Assembly: GCF_006345805.1 (NCBI RefSeq)
Contig: NC_042997.1
Span: 159,402,001-159,466,000 of the forward strand
Reading direction: 5' to 3'
DNA from: Octopus sinensis
Taxonomy: Eukaryota
DNA length: 64,000 bases
The translations under genes and the position numbers were made by a program. The notes below the pieces were generated by a model, which was given only the letters and a program-made list of their open reading frames with translations, ran no database searches and was not told where the DNA came from. Shown one piece after another: positions 37,641-50,476 of this stretch (positions are counted from its first letter, which is position 1; each line of letters opens with the position of its first letter).

Positions 37641-39084
37641 TTGAAAGTTCCATAATATGTGCATGCGTGTGAGAGAAAGTGTTTATGCCTCCTTTAACAG
37701 ACAGGAGGGAAAATATGCTTTCAATTTTTAAAACCTTTAATGTTTTTAAAAATGGGGCAAAATTTTATATAGCTTAGGAGCTTACCAAATCTAAATCCAG
37801 CAATGCATTTAGTCCTCCCGGATTAATAAAATTAGTACCAGTAAGATACTAGAGGTGATTTCCCTGAGTAGCTTGAGAGACTCAATGTACCCCCATCTAA
37901 CAAAATTTAATGTGAATCTTATTTTATTTAATTAGCTAGTATTTTGCTATTCTAGCTATCATCCATACATGAAGAAAAAAATTATTAAGAAAATCAGTTG
38001 AAAACAAGGACAGAAAAAGTAAAAGAAATAAAATACATATTATAAAAAAAAAGAAGTAAAACTAGAAACAGATCAAGAAATATTAGAAAAAATAAATATT
38101 AATAAAAATTTTTGGAATAACAAAAAGGGGAAAAAAATGGCAAAGCCATGCAAAAACAGGAAATATGACATGCAAAAATAATATATTAAAAAAAAAAAAG
38201 AACAGCAGAACAAAAAGTAAAGCAAAGACGATAATGACAAGAAAAAATATTCTGCATAATTTCTACTTCGTGGAACACACAAGATATAGATGAAAATTTC
38301 AAGTCTAAAAATATATACATGGAAGTCTAAACTTTATCTCCAAATATTCTGCTTCAACAATAATGTACAGATTGAATCATTCTTTAACATGAGTAAAGTA
38401 AGGGAGGCAGAAAAGAAAACCAGCACTTGAGTGATAAACCCCAGTGACATGAAACAATTTACCACATGTCTTCTTTGATGTGAACATAGAAATGACCTTT
38501 GAATTTTGCTGACTGACCTTTAACAGAATGGCACACAATTTTGAGGTGAAGTACATATATGTCCCAGTGAAAGGAATTGAAAAGAAATATCACCAGGTAG
38601 AAGTGTAGAGAATGTAACAAAAAAATTTTAGTTACATAAACAGAGACCTACACAAATGTAAAATGTGAATATTTTTTTGTAATGGCACAATACACACACA
38701 CACATGCAAGCAGGCTGACCGACAGATTTATGCTCAAACCTGAAGATTCACTATTGCTACTCTGAGTTTCTCACACTACATTTCTTCAGATATCAAAAAG
38801 ATCTTGTTTCTATACATTTATAATTCAGTATACCATCATATTTTTATTTATTACTTATTTCATCCACTGGGCTTCTACTATCCTGGGGTACCACCTTGAA
38901 GGGTTTAGATAAACAAAAAAATCAACCCCAGTTCTTATTCTTTAATCTGGTACTGGGGGTGTAAACAAACCAACACCAGCCATTAAGCAGTGGGAGACAA
39001 ACACACACACACACATATATTAGGGTGCCACTTATGTGCTGAGGGTGTTGCTATTCTCCATCTCTGAATTCTAGATTCAATGTC

Positions 39085-39380
39085 TCACCAGGAGGTGCAG
39101 CAGCTTTCTAGGTGAGTTGACTCCTTCTTGGGGCCACCCACCAATATGTAGGCAACAAAACACCAGCATGAGCTTTGTTGAGTCAGATGATGTGGCTCTG
39201 GGCTAGATGTTTCTTCCATCCTCAAATATTCAGTCTTGTTACACCACTTGTTCTCTTTCTTGAGCAAGATGTAATGGATTGCTTTCTCAGTGGCTTCTAA
39301 CAATCTTTAGGCAGCATCTTTTCTCTCCTTAGCTGCTAGTCCAAGACACCTGAGCATCAAGTGAACTCTGGTTCTAGCAA
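39085..39380 (-). pseudogene. Possible RLE-type (HERO/NeSL-like) non-LTR 3' remnant
   Basis: MLRCLGLAAKERKDAA*RLLEATEKAIHYILLKKENKW resembles the C-terminal LxxLG...LxEAAEKASxWLWxKR..W pattern; short match. Confidence 0.35.
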
Positions 39381-40191
39381 ATTCTCTAACAACTACCACA
39401 GTTTCCATCTACCAAATTCAAGTGGTTGCTAAGTGAGTATAGTGAAGTTAGCAAATTTTTTTCTGTTTGATGAAGAGATTTGCTTGAAATTTAAAAATTC
39501 TCAGACACGCACACATGATGGACTTATTAGCCAATAATATATCACTCACAAAGCATTGGTCAGCCTGGTGTGATGGAAGAGAACACTTAACCAAGGGGCT
39601 AAGCAAAGGGATTGAACTTAGAATCATGTGGTTCAAAATGAAATTCTTAGCCACCCTGCTACACCTATTCTCATGCAAGATATTAATAACATTTTTTTTT
39701 CTGCGAAACAAAAAGAATAGAATCCAACCAGGCAGATGGAGCCAAGGAAGATTTGTGTGAAACAATTAATCAAGCTTGAATTTATGACCTGCAGGTTTGA
39801 CCAACATTTAACCTTAGCTATACACAATGGAGAATTAAAGTACAAAGAGTAACAAATATACAAACACTGTTTTATAAAGAGTGCTATTTTTGCTTCATGT
39901 ATATCATCATTTCAGCTTCCACTTCCATGAGGCAAATAGAGGTTTTAGTGGTAGATTTTAAACAACCAGATTCTCTTCTCATCGATGCTTACCTATTTCC
40001 AAGCAAAGCAATATTTTTCCATGACCTGATATGTTTTTACAGAATTTTGGAAACGAATGACATTCATCATCACATGATGTCAAGACAAGGAGACATAAAC
40101 ACATACATGAACACATATGATGAGCTACTTTTAGTTTTTGTCTCTAAAATCCACTCACAAGGCTTTGGTCAGCACAGAGCTGCAGTGTAGT

Positions 40192-40400
40192 GGAGGCACG
40201 TGGCCTAGTGGTTAGAGCAGCAGACTCGCGGTCGAGGGATTGCAGGTTTGAATCTCTGACTGGACAATGTGTATGTTTATGAGCGAAACACCTAAGCTCC
40301 ACGCGGCTCCAGCAGAAGGTAATGGCGAACTTCGCCACAACTTTCTCTCACTTTTGCATCTTGCAGCTCACCTGTGATGGACCGGTGTCCCATCCAGGTA
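40192..40400 (+). mobile_element. tRNA-derived SINE with a CCTGTGATGGAC...CCCATCCAGG block
   Basis: A box TGGCCTAGTGG, B box GGTTTGAATCTC; the downstream block resembles the L2-associated SINE motif CCTGCGATGGACTGGCG..CC.TCCAGG. Confidence 0.7.
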
Positions 40401-40500
40401 CTAATTTTTGTCTTGGGAGATAATGGAGTTGTGCATAAAATAATCTAGTCCGGCTTTTACATTTCATGTCCTAATACATCTCCTGTTGTGGCTGTGTGTG

Positions 40501-40539
<39 letters not shown>

Positions 40540-43314
40540 AATCCAAAAAACGAAGAACAAACACAAAAAAACAACAATGCGAGGACACGATACATGTGAA
40601 ATATTAGCAGATGCTCAGGGAAGGACAAGATATCCAATATACATCAGACTGCTTATTGTTACAATTATACATCACAATATCATCAACTCCACAAACCAAA
40701 CTGGCTAAAAATAATAGTCAAATCTTCCTCAAATTATACAATACCATCTTAAGAAAAAGAACAAGCTGGATAACATAATGCTATGTTCCCTGTGCATAGG
40801 AAAAGAAAAAAGAAAAAGGTTGGCCATGGGTAAAATATCTTTGATCATAGGTCTGCAGGGTCAGGACTGAGATGGAAATAAACAATACTGACAATACACA
40901 CATACATTCTTAACTGCGCACCCACCCATTCAGACACACACTCACACACACAAGCTATCACTTGACAATTTGGAAGCAAATATTCTGAACTTCATAATTA
41001 AATAATAGGATAAATAATGTCATGAAAAAATATAAAGAAAATTCTTAAAAGAAAAAATAGACAGGACAGGAAAAAAATATAAAGAAAAATACAAACATTG
41101 AAGGCTTTTCACAAGAGCAAGTGGCTATTTATATAAATGGTTGGCCTTGCTCTTAATTAGACACAAGTACAAACTCAGCAAATTACATTTTGGTGGGTTA
41201 GCTATATGGTTAGAAGAAAGCAAATAAGAATTGTTCATTAATCAGCTAAACTAAATCCCACTCTTTACAATGGACCATTTACCAAAGTTGACTTGCAATA
41301 CAGTTAATTTGGTGGAAATTGAACTTCAAAAAGAAGTCAGTGAATAGTCAAACATTAGAAATTAATTATTTGTGGAAGTTGTGGAATTTTGTAAATACAG
41401 TAAAAACTAGCAATGACAGCAACAATTTTCTTTTATTTGCCACAGATAAAGAAGACATTACAGGGACGTGTTATAATTTGAGGGGAATTATATAACAGAG
41501 TGAGGGGGAAACTCAAGGAGTACCCCACTCCACCTGAAAAAAAGTGGTAGATGATGAGAGATTACAAAGACAGGCTATAAAAAGAAAGAAAAGAGGGAAA
41601 AGTGGTATATGCAATATTCAAGAGTGTATTTTAGATCTAAGAGTACAGAACCACTCCTAAGAGTCAATCAAGGAACCCAGCATGTTCATATTACCCAACT
41701 CTCTAAGCAGAGGAGGTACCAGCAGACAGACCACATGAACAGTGGACTACATCTTATCTACAAGTAAAAAGTGCTTTGATGTAGTCAGGAGATAAAGAGG
41801 TATAGCACAACAATCGGGTGAAATGTGATACAAATATTTGTTATCACTGCCACATTCTCAGGGATCATGTCTTTTCAATCTATATCTGAGTGAGACTGGC
41901 CATCCAGTTCATAACTTTGTCCCAATTATGATCTACCTGGAGGAACAGACCAAACATACCCCCAAACAACAGAAATTGTTCAGGTCTCCAAGGTGTACAG
42001 TTCAAAATATTTGCTACTGCCTCTGGGATCTGCAACCATGGCTCAAACAAGTATTCATTTAGTCTGACCAAGGAGTAGAATTTTTTATTAGCCACAGGAA
42101 TGATGGATGAGGATACATCATTAAGAGAAATGACAAAAAATGGTGGGAGTTTATACAAAATCAATTATGGAAAATAGGCATGGGAAATAGTACCCAAAAG
42201 AAATCTTCTCTGTACTGTTCCAATTTTTGTATATGTACTGCAAAAGCTAGAACACAAAAGAAATAAAATGAGGTGTTCAAATAGAGGGGCAAATGCCTAA
42301 AATTACTTCAGAAATTCAGAGATCCAAGATTACTTGACTACCAAGGATGATTGCCACCTTCCAGTTGTATTGTTAGGCCTACAAGTGCATGCATAGAATA
42401 AGTCCATTCACCCATACCAGTCTCACTACATTTACACACCTTTCAGCTAATTAACTAGAGAGCAGCAACCTTCACCTTCCTCTCTAGGTGTAAAAATACA
42501 CGAGTGCTGCAAGGTAATTTTTCTGGTATACTTTTGACACACTCCCACACACACAAGTTTAAAAATATTCTAATCTCTAACATAGGGATAAGGCAGTAAA
42601 TAATTGAAGGAAGTGGCTATTGTTATTGCATTGACCTTCTGGGTTTAACTGGTATTTATTTTAACAGCATAAATAAGTATCATTTTTAACACAGGTACAA
42701 GGACTCAATCTTTGGGGAGTAGGACACAATTATAGATTATATCAATCCCAGTTCATGACAAGTAATCTATTTTATCGAAGTCAGAAGGATGAAAGACAAG
42801 GTTAGCCTTGGTAAGATTTGAGCTCAGAATGTATAAGGACATAGTGAAATATCTCAAGACATATAATTTGTCAATCCATCACCATAAGAGCAACAACAAT
42901 GACCTTCATCATTATTTAACCTCGATCTTCCATATTGGCATGGATTGGCTAGTTTGATAGCCAGAGAATAGCCCCAAGCACCATTGTTTGCTTTGGCATG
43001 GATTCTACAATCAGATGCCCTTCCTAACACCAACCACTTTACAGAGCATACTGGGTACTTTTTATGTGGTACCAACACTGGTGCTTTTTATGTGGCAAGG
43101 CTAACAATTCTAGAGGCAGAGGAGAAGTCAATTACATTGACTCTAGTAATTGGATGGTGCTTTATTTTATCAATCCCGAAAGGATGATAGGCAAGCTGAC
43201 TTTGACAGGATTTGGGATCAGAAGGTAAAGAGCTCAAAAAAATATGGCTAAGTATTTTGTCCAACTCTCTAACATTTCTGCCAGCTACGACCATAATGGT
43301 AATAATAATAATAA

Positions 43315-43440
43315 TATGTTGCTTGGATGTTAAGTATCATGGGAGAAGACCTTGTGAGTCCCTTGGCAACAGGTTGTTGTCTGTTCTTAGAGAATTAGCC
43401 AGAGAAAGTGAAATCAAGAGCTCTGAAAAGTGAAATATAT
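43315..43440 (+). mobile_element. R4/Dong-like non-LTR 3'UTR fragment
   Basis: (AAT)n on both sides; GGGAGAAG...CTTGG...GTT..TG.CTGTT aligns by eye with the 3'UTR of the minus-strand element at 43478-43580. Confidence 0.55.
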
Positions 43441-43477
43441 AATAATAATAATTATTATTATTATTATTATTATTATT

Positions 43478-43805
43478 CTAAAAAGACTCTCGGATAGTTC
43501 TTAATTACCAGTTATTCTTTACTTGTAAACAGGCAGTAACAAATCACCAAAGATTTCAAGTAGTGCCTTCTCCTGTGACTCAAAGAGACAATTCTCTCCT
43601 TAGAATGCGAGCTGTACCCAACAATGCTATCTTCTGGATCATCTCGAGCCTCACAGCAGCTCCAATATTCTTAATATGTTTTTCAAAGCCCTTGTAATCT
43701 GCTCCTAATGCTCCAATTACCACCGGTATCACCATTACTTTACTCATGCCCCATAACTTTCCTATCTCATCCCACTGTAGCTGGTATTTTTCAATCTTTT
43801 GTTTC
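43478..43805 (-). pseudogene. R4/Dong-clade non-LTR retrotransposon 3' end (restriction-like endonuclease C-terminus plus 3'UTR plus (AAT)n tail)
   Basis: Open frame from about 43800 to 43580: KIEKYQLQWDEIGKLWGMSKVMVIPVVIGALGADYKGFEKHIKNIGAAVRLEMIQKIALLGTARILRRELSL*. Confidence 0.88.
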
Positions 43806-45159
43806 CTTACATTATTATTATCATCATCATCATTATTCTTTCAACTATAGGCACAAGGCCAGAAATTTGTGGGGAGGAGTTAGTTGATTACACTGATCCC
43901 AGGACTCAACTGGTGCTTTATCAACACCCAAAAGACAAAAGGGAAAACTGACCTGGGCAGAATTTGATCTCAGAAAGTAACGATTCAGAATAAAAACAGC
44001 AAAGCATTTTGGTGACCGTCCAACAATTCTTTCAATCTACCAACCTAAAAAAATCCTAATTTAGGTACAAGGCTAAGAAATTTCAGAGGAGGGAGTTAAT
44101 AAACTAAACTGACTTCAATATTCAACTGATGCTATAGTTTCTCATTTGGAGAGAGATAAAAAATAAAGTTGACCTTGGTATGATATGAACTCAGAAAGAA
44201 AAACCATAACTAAATAACATATATTTTTGTCTAGTGCTCTAACAATTTTGACAATCCACCATCTTTATCAATAATTTTAAATTGATTTCTAACATTAGCA
44301 TGGCCACACCGTTTGGAATAGGGAATAGTCAATTAAATTCATCTCAGTATTTGATTGATACTTCATTTTATCGACCCTACCGGACAGATGAAAGGTAAAG
44401 TTAACCTCGACAGGATTTGATAATATTAATTATTTTCACAACTATTTTAATCAATCCAGCTACTTGACTGATACTTATTTTATCAACCTGAGAAGAATAA
44501 AAAGCAAACTTGACCTTAGCAGGATGTGAACACAAATCATAAAACTGCAACTAAACACTTTGATGCATTTTTTTTCTCCTCTGCAGATTCTGCCCATTTT
44601 CAGTCCTGATAAATCAATAATAATATTGATAAATTAGGAAAGAAAAAAAAAGAAAAAAATCAAGGTAAGAGATCCCTGATGAGTTTTAAGATATGATGAA
44701 ACTAGTTTGTTTGATTGTCACTCTAGGCTGACAAAAGCTTAATGATGTAATCACTGGACTTAAATGTATATACTCAAGTACAATGTGACCTCAAATATAA
44801 TATGACCCTATATTTTGTACCTAAAAACCAGTAATCAGTTTTATCTTCTTATCTTTTATTTTATGCATGAGTATAATGCTATTCAAATCCCACCACTATC
44901 ACCACTTTTGACTTCTTTTATCAAAATTTCTCGAAGTATACACATTATAGTATTTTTACAGCTTGCCTAAATATATATAATTACACATGAATATGACAGT
45001 ATATATTTATTGTTAGTTTTAGTTTACTTAATAGACTGGAATATTCCTAAACAGTTAATAGTTTGCCTTTTGATTATATATATATATAGCTTTTAATAAA
45101 CTATTTCATTCATTAATTCTTATTCTCTCTCTGTCACACACACAAGTATGTGTGTGTGT

Positions 45160-45191
<32 letters not shown>

Positions 45192-46134
45192 AACTTGTTA
45201 TTTAGCTCCAAGTCAGGTTTAATCAAGCAAACATCAAAGGCATTTAAGTTATTACCATGCCATCTTTTTGTGTATCTAGGTAGGATTAAATCATTCATTG
45301 TCCTTCTATTGTTAAGACTGTCAAGAATGATTTAAAGGAAGTTTGATTGCTATTTCTATATTTCTAGCAGGTCAAACAACTACACACTCTCATGCATTGT
45401 TTTTTTTAATAATTCTTACAGATTCAATTTTATAAATGTAATTAAGAAAGCATTTTATTTACTTATTTGAGTTACAATCTCTAGAGGTGATTGTTATTGT
45501 TGTTGCTATGGTAACTACTGAAGAGCTACTGAAGCAAGCAGTGATGTTACTGCTATCATAGCAACTGTTATAGCTGATATCCTAGCGACTGTGGTAATGG
45601 TTGCCTTTGTATCTGTAGCAACTGTCCGTTGTTTGTTTATTGCTAGATCTCTCATTGAGCAGACCTGTGATCAAAGGCTTTCCAACCATGGCAATCCAAT
45701 TTCTTTTATATCATATGGACTACATTGTCCAATATGTCTTTTTTTAAGATAGTCGGGTACCATTTAAGGGAGAAATTTGCTAGCTATTTCCAGCGGGTCA
45801 AGCAACCATACTGATGTTCCACTATAGACTCATTACAGTAGCAGTTTCTGTTAAAGTAGATGTTATTTTTTAGCCCTAGGTTTACAATGAACAAAGATAT
45901 ATAATTAAAGGCACTTATGCTAGCTTAGACAGTCCATTGAAATTTTTTTTTTACTTTTACAGACTGCATTGTGCAATGTGTCCCACACTTTTTTTAAACA
46001 GATATAATGTGGTGGCTACTTTTAGCAGTTATAGCAACCACATCAAGGCTTCCTTGCTAACTTGTCATAGCTTTTACTGTAATTGCTATGGTAGGTATTA
46101 CAGCATCAAAAACACAAACCAATGCCAAAGCCTC

Positions 46135-46335
46135 TATTCAGTCACCTGTCCTACTAGAAATAGCAACTAAGAATTTTACATAAAATTCAACATTTTTGTA
46201 TTAAAAAGGAAAGGAACTAATCGATAGAGTTCTAAACACAATGTCTGTAAGAAAAATAATTTCTGGCTTAGCCTGAACAGCTTTGGTCATAAATTCACCA
46301 AAAGCTGACCTGTGGTTAAACCACAACACACTAGA
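46135..46335 (+). mobile_element. SINE-like family D copy
   Basis: CCTACTAGAAATAGCAACTAA...CTTTGGTCATA...GCTGACCTGTGGTTAAACCACAAC. Confidence 0.6.
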
Positions 46336-46968
46336 ATGTCATAACATCAAACAACTCCACAATGAAGGAAACTGTATGGCTGTTTGATTTGCTAAAAATA
46401 GCAGTCAAATTTTCCTCAGAATTGCACACTATGGTTTTGACAAAAGGTGGACATCATCATCTTCATTGTTTAATGTTTGGCTTCCATATTGACACGAGTT
46501 TTATGGCTTGACAGGATCTGACAGGTTGGAGGATGGCATTGAGCTTTAATGCCTGCTTGGCATAGTTTCTACTTCTGCTGGATTCCTCTCCTAATGCCAA
46601 TCACTTTACAGAGTGTGCCGGTTGCCTTTTTCAGGGCACTTGTACGAGTAAAGACCACATTGTAACGTGCAAGAAGAAGAGCCTAAAATGTTCCTAAAAC
46701 CAAGTGAAAACAGAAGAGAAGGTGTGCAATGATTCTAGGCTGGGAGATGAAGTAGGGACAAGTAAAATGAGGGAAACGTATTACATTATTTAGTCTTAGC
46801 TATACAAAAGCCTATGTATATAAACAACAAGCTTAGGAGCATTCCAATCTACAACATAAATTAATATAGTCCTCGAGTAAATAAATGAGGTCCTATAGTG
46901 GCAGACTGAACTGATGATCAAATGAACTAGTTTCATCTTACATTTAAAACTCACCAGGGACCGCTTAC

Positions 46969-46985
46969 CTCTGCCTCCCAAACTG
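46969..46985 (-). other. Candidate 17-nt micro-exon with alternative donors at 46954 and 46941
   Basis: Acceptor GTTAGTTTTCTTCAG|CAG (NAGNAG); donors GAG|GTAAGC, CTG|GTGAGT and AAT|GTAAGA. Confidence 0.45.
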
Positions 46986-47199
46986 CTGAAGAAAACTAAC
47001 AATCATCTTAATAAAAATATGAAGATTGTGATTGGCAAAAATCATTTAAATAATGGTACATGGTTGACAACTGAAGTCTAAAAACTACAGAGAATGTACA
47101 GCATGGGTTACAAATAGCATGAATAAGAAGTCGCATGTATATTTTTGATAAACATATATATATAGTATTGCTATGAGAAACAGGTACAATAGTTAAATA

Positions 47200-47415
47200 A
47201 ATCCTTTCTACTATAGGCATAAGGCTGGAAACTTTGAGAGAGATGGGCACATAAATTACATCAATCCCAGTGCTTGTGTGGTACTTAATTTATCGACCCT
47301 AAAAAGGATAAAAGACAAAGTCAACCTCAGCTGAATTTGAACTTAGTATGTAAAGACGGATGAAATGTTACTAAACATTCCGTCTGGTATCCTAACAATT
47401 CTACTAGCTTACTAC
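47200..47415 (-). mobile_element. SINE family C, near full length
   Basis: CCTTTCTACTATAGGCATAAGGC...ATCCCAGTGC...TTTATCGACCC...AAAGTCAACCTC...GAATTTGAACT. Confidence 0.8.
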
Positions 47416-47898
47416 CCTATAATGGTCAAGTAAATATTAATATATTGAACATAAGTGGAGAATTAAAAAGCTTATTAGAAATATCCATAAGATCAACAAA
47501 AAACTATTTTAGTCAATGACAAATAGAACCTCTTCCCTTTATTGAGCACAAGAGGATAATTAGATTGGTAGAATTATTAGTGCATTGGACAAATATCTGA
47601 TGATATTACTCTAGCTCTTTACATTCTAAGATCAAATGTTGCTAAGATCAACTTTGACATTCATTCCACAGGGGTTGGCAAAATAAAGTGCTGGTCAAAT
47701 ACTGGGATCAATCTAATCAACTACCTCTCCTTAAAACTGCTCACCTTGTGCCTAAATAAGAAACAATTATTGAGAACAAGGAAGATAATTCCAAGCATAT
47801 TTCAGTCTTATTCTTGATAAAGCCTAGTTGCGAAAGTAGGGAAGTAATCACATAGTAACTCTACAATATTCTACATTAATCAATGGAGAAAATTGGTA

Positions 47899-48245
47899 TC
47901 ATCATCATAGGTTAACGTCCATTTTCCGTGCTAGCACAGGTTGGATGGTTCGACCGGGGTCTGGGAAGCCAGGACGCTGCACCAGACTCCAGTCTGATCT
48001 AGCAGTGTTTTTACAGCTGGATGCCCTTCCTAATGCCAACCACTGTGAGTGTAGTGAGTGCTTTTTATGTGCCACCGGCACAGGTGCCAGGGGAGGCTAG
48101 CAGCAGCCACGATCGTTTGGTGCTTTTACATGCCACCGGCACAGAAGCCAGTCAAGGCGGCACTGGCATCAGCCACGTTCGGATGGTGCTTTTTACGTGC
48201 CACCAGCACAGGTATCACAACTACAATTTCCATTCAATATTTATT
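47899..48245 (-). mobile_element. SINE family B with three internal modules
   Basis: Tail, core and three GGTGCTTTT-(A/C)(C/T)GTGCCACC(G/A)GCAC modules. Confidence 0.88.
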
Positions 48246-48554
48246 TTGATGTATTACAGAATAATTACTCAGAGGTGTCAGCTGCATGAAAAACACTAAT
48301 TAAATCAGTGTGAACATATTTAAAGTGGGGAGTACACTTTGGTCTAAGAAGACTTCCTCAGTGGAACAGATTTTGCAAAGAACCACTAAATAAATGTACA
48401 ATATTGTATATATTGTTAACAAAGCAAAATAGAATTGTTTAAAGATTTAATATTTCAAAGACTCCATCCACCTGGAAAACAACTGGTAGGTTACTGTTAA
48501 CTTATTTAAACATATGAAGTATTATTGCTCACATATGTTAACACTAAAATTTAC

Positions 48555-48602
48555 CTCTTGCTTTTCAGATGAATGCAGAAGGTGTCTTGAACTCTTTAAT
48601 TT
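48555..48602 (-). other. Candidate 48-nt exon (phase 0-0, KLKSSRHLLHSSEKQE)
   Basis: Acceptor TTGTTTCCTATTAG and donor GAG|GTAAAT; one open frame. Confidence 0.3.
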
Positions 48603-49357
48603 CTAATAGGAAACAATCTGACACAAATGTTACCATCAGCATCTATTAAAAGACAAACTCAAGTTAAAAATAGCCAGAAAATATGGATACCATTTTAGAA
48701 AATGCATTTACATTACAAAAATTCGGTTTTGAGGCTTTCAAGAATAATTGCTGGAAATTGAATATTACAAGCTACTTATCACATAGCAGTAAAGGAAAAT
48801 ATATATGCTTGAACACACAAACACACATATATGATAGATATAGATTTATGTTTACATACACACAAACACACCCATATCTATACACATACATAGATAACCA
48901 CATATACACACTCATCTACATACAAGTATATACACATATATACACATATTTATACACACACACATATAAATACACATATTTATACACACACATATCCACA
49001 GGCCTATCTTTCAGCTTCATGTCTCTTTTTACTATACCATTCCATCACCATGTCACCTTCTGTCTAATTGGAGCCTTGCTCCAACCAGACATCTGACCTG
49101 TAGATTGTAGCAGACAGTCCCATAGCAACTCCTCTGCCAATAAGTCTTTACCTCCTTACCCTTCTTGTCATACATATCAACCAGCACTTCCTGGATCCTA
49201 CATACTACTGAAGGATTTTTCAGCTTCCATACCTTCCTTCCTCTAATGATCTTACAAGTCAGGAGTACACTGAGAGATACATTCTTTACTGGGAAAGGAC
49301 TTAGTATTTGGAATCAGTTTTCTATTCCACTTCATGGTAAATATGAAGCTTTAATAA

Positions 49358-49588
49358 GGCGGCGCGTTGGCAGAAACATTAGCACGCCGGGCGAAATGCT
49401 TAGCAGTATTTCATCTACCACTACGTTCTGAGTTCAAATTCCACTGAGGTCGACTTTGCCTTTCATCCTTTCAGGGTCAATTAAATAAGTACCAGTTACG
49501 CACTGGGGTCGATATAATCAACTTAATCCGTTTGTCTGTCCTTGTTTGTCCCCTCTGTGTTTAGCCCCTTGTAGGTAGTAAAGAAATA
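49358..49588 (+). mobile_element. SINE family C, full length, with 14-bp TSD
   Basis: Head GGCGGCGCGTTGGCAGAA, GAGTTCAAATTCC B-box-like site, tail ...GTAAAGAAATA; GGTAAATATGAAGC at 49336-49349 and 49589-49602. Confidence 0.92.
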
Positions 49589-50406
49589 GGTAAATATGAA
49601 GCCTTTATGGCTTGTGTGTTCACCTAATTAGCAAATGATCAGGTGACTGACCAGTTTCCTAAAGGAAGTGCTGATGATGATACACTCATGCTAGCACTAT
49701 GTAAATGCACCCATGCCAGTGGTATGGAAAAAGCACCTAGTACACTTTGTAAAGTGGTTGGCATTAGAAAGGGCATCCAGCCGTAGAACCCATTCCACAA
49801 CAGAAAATTGGAGTTTGGACAGCTCCCTGGCTGGCCAGCCCCATCAAACCATCCAACTCATGCCAGCATGGAAAACGGACATTAAACAATGACGATAATG
49901 ATGATGATCATGAGTGAGACACCTTCAGCAAGTCTTTTCTACTATATCCCCAGGTCAACCAAAACCTCATGAGTGGATTTGGTAAATAGAAACTGAAAGA
50001 AGCCTGTTGTATACATATGTATGTGTGCATGTGTATTACTGTCTCCATGTCTTGATTTTATGCAATGGTTGCAAATGAATGTCACCATCATGCAAGTGGT
50101 ATCCTTCATTTCCAATGCTTTGTGAAAACATGTCAAGTCATGGGGAATATTACCCTACTTGGAAATAGGTGAAAGTCAGTGAAAAGAAGGGCATCAAGCT
50201 GTACAAAAATCCATTTCAGCAAATTCTATCTGACCCATGCAAGTATGGAAAAGTAAATGTTAAATGATGATGATGTAGTCTGCAAGACAGCCTCATAGAA
50301 CTGATCCTTTTGCTCACTAGTTCCAATTGTGATGCATAAACAGAAATCCATGTTACAGTCAGGTTAACTATGACTAGCATCTGCTAAATTAATTGAATAT
50401 TTGTTA

Positions 50407-50466
<60 letters not shown>

Positions 50467-50476
50467 ATATATATAC

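Noticed and set aside
40520-40630. Possible second Penelope-like pLTR fragment next to (TA)n
   Set aside because: Resemblance from memory only; it is truncated before any ribozyme core, so it cannot be supported from this sequence.
44670-44712. CTGATGAG...GAAACTAGT hammerhead-like string
   Set aside because: Core words and a palindromic ACTAGT are present, but no convincing stem II or stem I pairing.
48569-48650. Strong + strand acceptor followed by ATG (MNAEGVLNS...)
   Set aside because: All frames close within about 27 codons and no donor was found; the overlapping minus-strand exon candidate fits better.
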